Part shown: one piece after another, positions 28,877-32,000 of the stretch
Layout: each line of letters starts with the position of its first letter
Position numbering within the stretch: position 1 is the stretch's first letter
NCBI GenBank assembly: GCA_900234795.1
Contig: LT962688.1
Location: 3,630,001 to 3,662,000, forward strand
Length of the DNA stretch: 32,000 nt
Reading direction: 5' to 3'
Source of the DNA: Methylorubrum extorquens
Lineage (GTDB): Bacteria; Pseudomonadota; Alphaproteobacteria; Rhizobiales; Beijerinckiaceae
Position numbers and translations under genes: made by a program
The notes under the pieces: model-generated
Database searches by the model: none
What the model was told of the DNA's origin: nothing
The model's input: the letters and a program-made list of their open reading frames with translations, nothing else

Positions 28877-29197
28877 TCAGCCCTCCCGCCCGGCCCGATC
28901 GACATGCCCGAGATCCCGCCCCGGATCGAGCCGGTCCCGGACCCGCTGCTTGAGCACCTTCACATCGGGAAAGCCGCCATCGCGCACCCGCTCCCAGATG
29001 ACGTCCGCATCCAACTCGATTACGAACACCCCGCCCGTACCGGGCCGCAGGGCGACCTCGCCGAGATCGTCGCGGAAGGTGGAGAGAAGCTCCTGCGCCA
29101 TCCACGCCGCACGCAGGAGCCACTGGCACTGGGTGCAGTAGGTGATGGTGATGCGGGGGCGAGTTAACGAGGAAGGAGTCTCGCTTGTAGGCAACAC
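28877..29197 (-). CDS. SelT/SelW/SelH (Rdx) family thioredoxin-like protein, Cys form
   Basis: RITITYCTQCQWLLRAAWMAQELLSTF contains the CxxC redox motif in the canonical Rdx context. The GTG start at 29197 abuts the low-GC islet. Confidence 0.8.
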   Translation of the reverse strand: MLPTSETPSSLTRPRITITYCTQCQWLLRAAWMAQELLSTFRDDLGEVALRPGTGGVFVIELDADVIWERVRDGGFPDVKVLKQRVRDRLDPGRDLGHVDRAGREG

Positions 29198-29469
29198 AAA
29201 GATCCTTTGCTTGAGCTAACGCACCGAACGGCAACGGCTAGATCTAATTTTTGTGCCGCTGTGAACATTTGGCCCTGCTCAGACTTCCCATCTCTAGTAT
29301 TATGTCAGCGTTTGTTATTATTTACCTTAAAAGGTCAGGTGGAAATTTGTCTTTTTCTGTCCGCCGTTGAGGGTGACGCATCATGTTCAATATTCATGCT
29401 CACCTCCTCCAGGTCGCCTAAATCACGAGTAAAATTCGCATTTCGGCTGCTCAAGGTCGCTACATAACT

Positions 29470-30489
29470 CTATTTTGGAATTCTCGCAAAAAATTCCTTC
29501 GCAACATCGGCAGCATCCGGCAAATACCGCGTCGTCATGACTCCGGCTCGGCCCGAAGAAACCTTCATAGCCGGCGGATATAAGTAAGTCGCATCGTTAT
29601 CAGCAAGCAGATCGATTATTTTATAATTAGTGTTGATTTGAGATGTGACATTCAAGCAAATTATTTTAGATTTTTCAGAAAAAATGCTTGTATGCATAAA
29701 TGATCCTGCTGTCCCAAGAACATATTCATAATCAACAAATACTCCAATTTGGTCCTGTAATCGCATCAATTCAGGGTAAAAAATATCTACGCCAAGCGAA
29801 CGTAATGTGTCATCTATTTCTATTTCGTTTTCAACTAATCCAACAGCGCTCTTCAGCTGAGATTTTGAAAAATAGGCGAAACGACTTCCTGCTGTTATTG
29901 ATCGACCATGAAGCAACCGGCGCCCTATGTCTCGACAAAAAGAACCGTACACCCGATGTCCGGCCGTCTGTTCATGAAGACTAGTACCCGGCACGATTAA
30001 GGCAGACAATCGAACGGGATCAGTGGGAGAGACAAAATCGTCAGGCTTAAGACCAAGCGCCCCCATAATAGCTGCGATGAAGGGGAACGCGAACCAAACC
30101 TCAGGCTGGCAAATTCCGTGGCAAAGGATCTTAGTGCTCGGCGTTTTGATACGAGAAATGTTCCAAAGCCTTGGCAGGGAATTTATTATAAAATGCCCAT
30201 AGTGGAGATTAATATATCCGCCATAGATATAAGAACCAACAGCTTCAGGGATCATTCCATAGTCCGAAATCGAAAGCGGGTCGACAACCTGACTATGCGA
30301 TAGCTGGTTTTTATCTCTGAAGTCAGTTGCGGCCCCGACAATTTGTCCATCTCGGTCGAAAATGCCCCAGGAGCCACCGCTTTTGTAAGGAAGATAAAAT
30401 CCGCCATTGACTACAGAGGTTATAGGATCGTCGTCGATGATCCTATCAGTTCCCCACAGAATATCGCAAACTTGGAGCATTGATGTCAT
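29470..30489 (-). CDS. Glycosyltransferase family 61 / DUF563-like protein
   Basis: 339 aa. HYGHFIINSLPRLW resembles the GHW/F-x-x-E/N-x-LPRL block of DUF563. The C-terminal half VENEIEIDDTLRSLGVDIFYPELMRLQDQIGVFVDYEYVLGTAGSFMHTSIF follows the DUF563 pattern (E-x-E ... L ... GF ... Q ... F ... G-x-x-G-S/A). Assigned by pattern only. Confidence 0.65.
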   Translation of the reverse strand: MTSMLQVCDILWGTDRIIDDDPITSVVNGGFYLPYKSGGSWGIFDRDGQIVGAATDFRDKNQLSHSQVVDPLSISDYGMIPEAVGSYIYGGYINLHYGHFIINSLPRLWNISRIKTPSTKILCHGICQPEVWFAFPFIAAIMGALGLKPDDFVSPTDPVRLSALIVPGTSLHEQTAGHRVYGSFCRDIGRRLLHGRSITAGSRFAYFSKSQLKSAVGLVENEIEIDDTLRSLGVDIFYPELMRLQDQIGVFVDYEYVLGTAGSFMHTSIFSEKSKIICLNVTSQINTNYKIIDLLADNDATYLYPPAMKVSSGRAGVMTTRYLPDAADVAKEFFARIPK

Positions 30490-30498
30490 ACCGTCAAT

Positions 30499-31164
30499 TT
30501 AATAGTTGACGCGAAGTGTCTGATCACCAATCATTTTCATTGCCTTATTGATTAATGGCGACTTCTCGAAGACCAAAATGCTGTCATAAGCTGTCATTGC
30601 TACGGTTGACCGCGTAAAGTCGGAAGGCGTTACGCTGTGATCGCGGACATGCTCAGCATTTAATTCATCGAGATATCCTTTAAATCGCTCAACCATAGAG
30701 CGAGGATCGCCACGACCGCCGCCGTAGTCAGGCCAATAAGCTGTATGCATGTCTTCGATCATGTAAACGCCGGTGGAGGCGATACGCGGATAAAGGTAGT
30801 CGAAACTAGCGGTCACATGCTGCATGTGGTGACTTCCGTCATCTAAAACAGCATCAAAGGCGCCAAACTCATCAATGACGGATTGAAGGAAGCCTTCATC
30901 CGACTGATCACCGATCCGCACATGGACCTGATCATCAGCATACTGGCGACACACCTCGTTGATATCGAGCGTAACAATCCTTGCAAGTGGGCCTAGCCAC
31001 CGCTTCCACATCTGAGAAGACCCACCATTTCCCGCGCCAATTTCGAGAAAATTTACCGGTTGGCCAACATATCTGGAAAAATGCCGCTCATAGGCGAAAA
31101 AATAATGTCCAGATTTATGAATCGGCCTGCCAGCATTGTTAAGAAAAAGATCATATAAGGCCAT
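30499..31164 (-). CDS. Class I SAM-dependent methyltransferase (sugar O-methyltransferase-like)
   Basis: 221 aa. SAM motif I is FLEIGAGNGGSSQMW, an acidic residue ends beta-2 (VTLDI), and LDDGSHHMQH and GVYMIEDMHTAYW are present. I recall this block order from methyltransferases encoded in polysaccharide or natural-product sugar-tailoring clusters. The stop lies 9 nt before the GT61-like start. Confidence 0.8.
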   Translation of the reverse strand: MALYDLFLNNAGRPIHKSGHYFFAYERHFSRYVGQPVNFLEIGAGNGGSSQMWKRWLGPLARIVTLDINEVCRQYADDQVHVRIGDQSDEGFLQSVIDEFGAFDAVLDDGSHHMQHVTASFDYLYPRIASTGVYMIEDMHTAYWPDYGGGRGDPRSMVERFKGYLDELNAEHVRDHSVTPSDFTRSTVAMTAYDSILVFEKSPLINKAMKMIGDQTLRVNY

Positions 31165-31464
31165 TTCGGATTTACTCCACCAATTACTCGCAAGACGGCA
31201 ACAGGCCCGAGAGAGGGCTGCATTGGACGCCTACCCCGACTTTGGGACGATCGACAAGGGGCCGGCCAGCTAAGTGACTCGGGATTGGGGCTTCTTGAAA
31301 CAGACCTCCCATCGCACGGCGAGGCCGAATTTTCGGCACGAAACGAAATGGCCTTAAATCGCCATCGTTCAGCGCAGAGTAACCCTTTTCACTTTCGCGC
31401 ACGTCCCCTATCTCATTCTCACTAACTTGCTGCCAAGCTCGCCTTTCGTGGAAGTATACCACCT

Positions 31465-32000
31465 ATGCCCTTCGCCCTCACAGCCCCGGCACGTCCCTCC
31501 ATCCTCGGTCGGGTCGTCTCTGCGCTCGCGGCGCTCTGGCTGGCGACCTGCTTGGCGGGGTGCGGGGCGATCAACCGGGTGCCGAGCCTGGAGGAGCAGG
31601 CAAAATCGTCCTGGAGCGAGGTGCAGAACCAATACCAGCGCCGGGCCGACCTGATTCCGAACCTCGTCGAGACCGTGAAGGGCTATGCCAAGCAGGAGCA
31701 GGAGACCCTGACGCGGGTGACGGAAGCCAGGGCCAAGGCGACGAGCATCCAGGTCGATGCCTCGACGGTCAGCGACCCAGAGAAGTTCAAGCAGTTCCAA
31801 GAGGCACAGAACCAGCTTTCGGGGGCGCTCGGACGCTTGCTCGCCTCGGTCGAGGCCTATCCGGATCTGAAATCGAACCAGAACTTCCTGGCGCTGCAAT
31901 CGCAGCTCGAGGGGACGGAGAACCGCATTGCCGTGGCGCGGCGCGACTATATTCAGGCGGTCCAGGCCTACAACACCGAGATCCGCACCATTCCCGGCCG
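31465..32000 (+). CDS. lemA: LemA family lipoprotein (partial, 3' end beyond the window)
   Basis: Not in the track because there is no stop in the window. My translation is MPFALTAPARPSILGRVVSALAALWLATCLAGCGAINRV (lipobox LAGC), followed by SWSEVQNQYQRRADLIPNLVETVKGYAKQEQETLTRVTEARA and AYPDLKSNQNFLALQSQLEGTENRIAVARRDY. This is a near-consensus LemA. Confidence 0.88.
   Translation, partial: MPFALTAPARPSILGRVVSALAALWLATCLAGCGAINRVPSLEEQAKSSWSEVQNQYQRRADLIPNLVETVKGYAKQEQETLTRVTEARAKATSIQVDASTVSDPEKFKQFQEAQNQLSGALGRLLASVEAYPDLKSNQNFLALQSQLEGTENRIAVARRDYIQAVQAYNTEIRTIPG

Larger units (their letters stand above)
29198..31200. other. Low-GC horizontally acquired islet (two genes, no mobility genes)
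   Basis: Hand counts: line 29581..29640 has 19/60 G+C, line 30541..30600 has 25/60, and flanking line 28921..28980 has 40/60. The left edge is abrupt, within a few tens of bp of 29200. On the right, 31165..31464 has intermediate GC. Confidence 0.85.

Noticed and set aside
29207-29467. 86-aa + strand ORF in the AT-rich spacer between the GT61-like gene and the selW-like gene
   Set aside because: It has a TTG start without an SD, an odd Cys/Phe/Leu-rich composition and no recognisable family. It is more likely a non-coding promoter or spacer region of the islet.
29228-31202. 8-nt direct repeat acggcaac at 29228..29235 and 31195..31202, flanking the low-GC islet (possible att-like duplication)
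   Set aside because: It is too short to distinguish from chance in about 2 kb, and there is no integrase or tRNA target. I keep it only as something to test against an empty-site comparison.
31184-31899. Minus-strand ORFs 31184..31462 (92 aa) and 31408..31899 (163 aa)
   Set aside because: The second is antisense to a near-consensus LemA gene. The first lies in the divergent promoter region, with no SD and no family resemblance.

Overview
High-GC (about 67-70 % in hand-counted lines) alphaproteobacterial chromosome segment, Rhizobiales/Methylobacterium-like by gene content and repeat type. Most of it is ordinary. From left to right:
- opgD (partial)
- a polyamine cluster: ornithine decarboxylase, GNAT, homospermidine synthase
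- two tandem Uma2 (DUF820) nuclease paralogs, tightly packed with a degenerate Smr-like ORF and a DUF1206 membrane protein
- a split three-gene sugar-initiation module (WbpM/CapD-like dehydratase, then WbpL-like GT4 plus SDR reductase/epimerase), interrupted by an hxlR-azoR pair
- a 7TMR-DISM PAS-GGDEF-EAL protein, followed by two poorly characterised ORFs
- a glycogen locus: glgP, GH13 alpha-glucosidase, glgA
- a Crp-family regulator, an aldo-keto reductase, an HWE sensor kinase, a SelW/Rdx-like protein and lemA (partial)

I found no rRNA, tRNA, CRISPR array, transposase or integrase.

I cannot point to one clear, complete novel system. The best candidates for a second look are:
1. A sharply bounded low-GC (about 32-42 %) islet at 29.2-31.4 kb carrying only a SAM-methyltransferase and a GT61/DUF563 glycosyltransferase.
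2. The Uma2-Uma2-Smr-like-DUF1206 cluster.
3. A coiled-coil ORF plus a cofactor-motif-degenerate FNR-like protein downstream of the c-di-GMP gene.
4. A roughly 680-bp structured non-coding region upstream of odc, with several CUCCA-loop hairpins (possible speF-type leader).

Many long ORFs in the supplied track are antisense shadows typical of high-GC DNA and were rejected. The track uses GTG and TTG starts as well as ATG and reports the longest ORF, so several starts were moved downstream.
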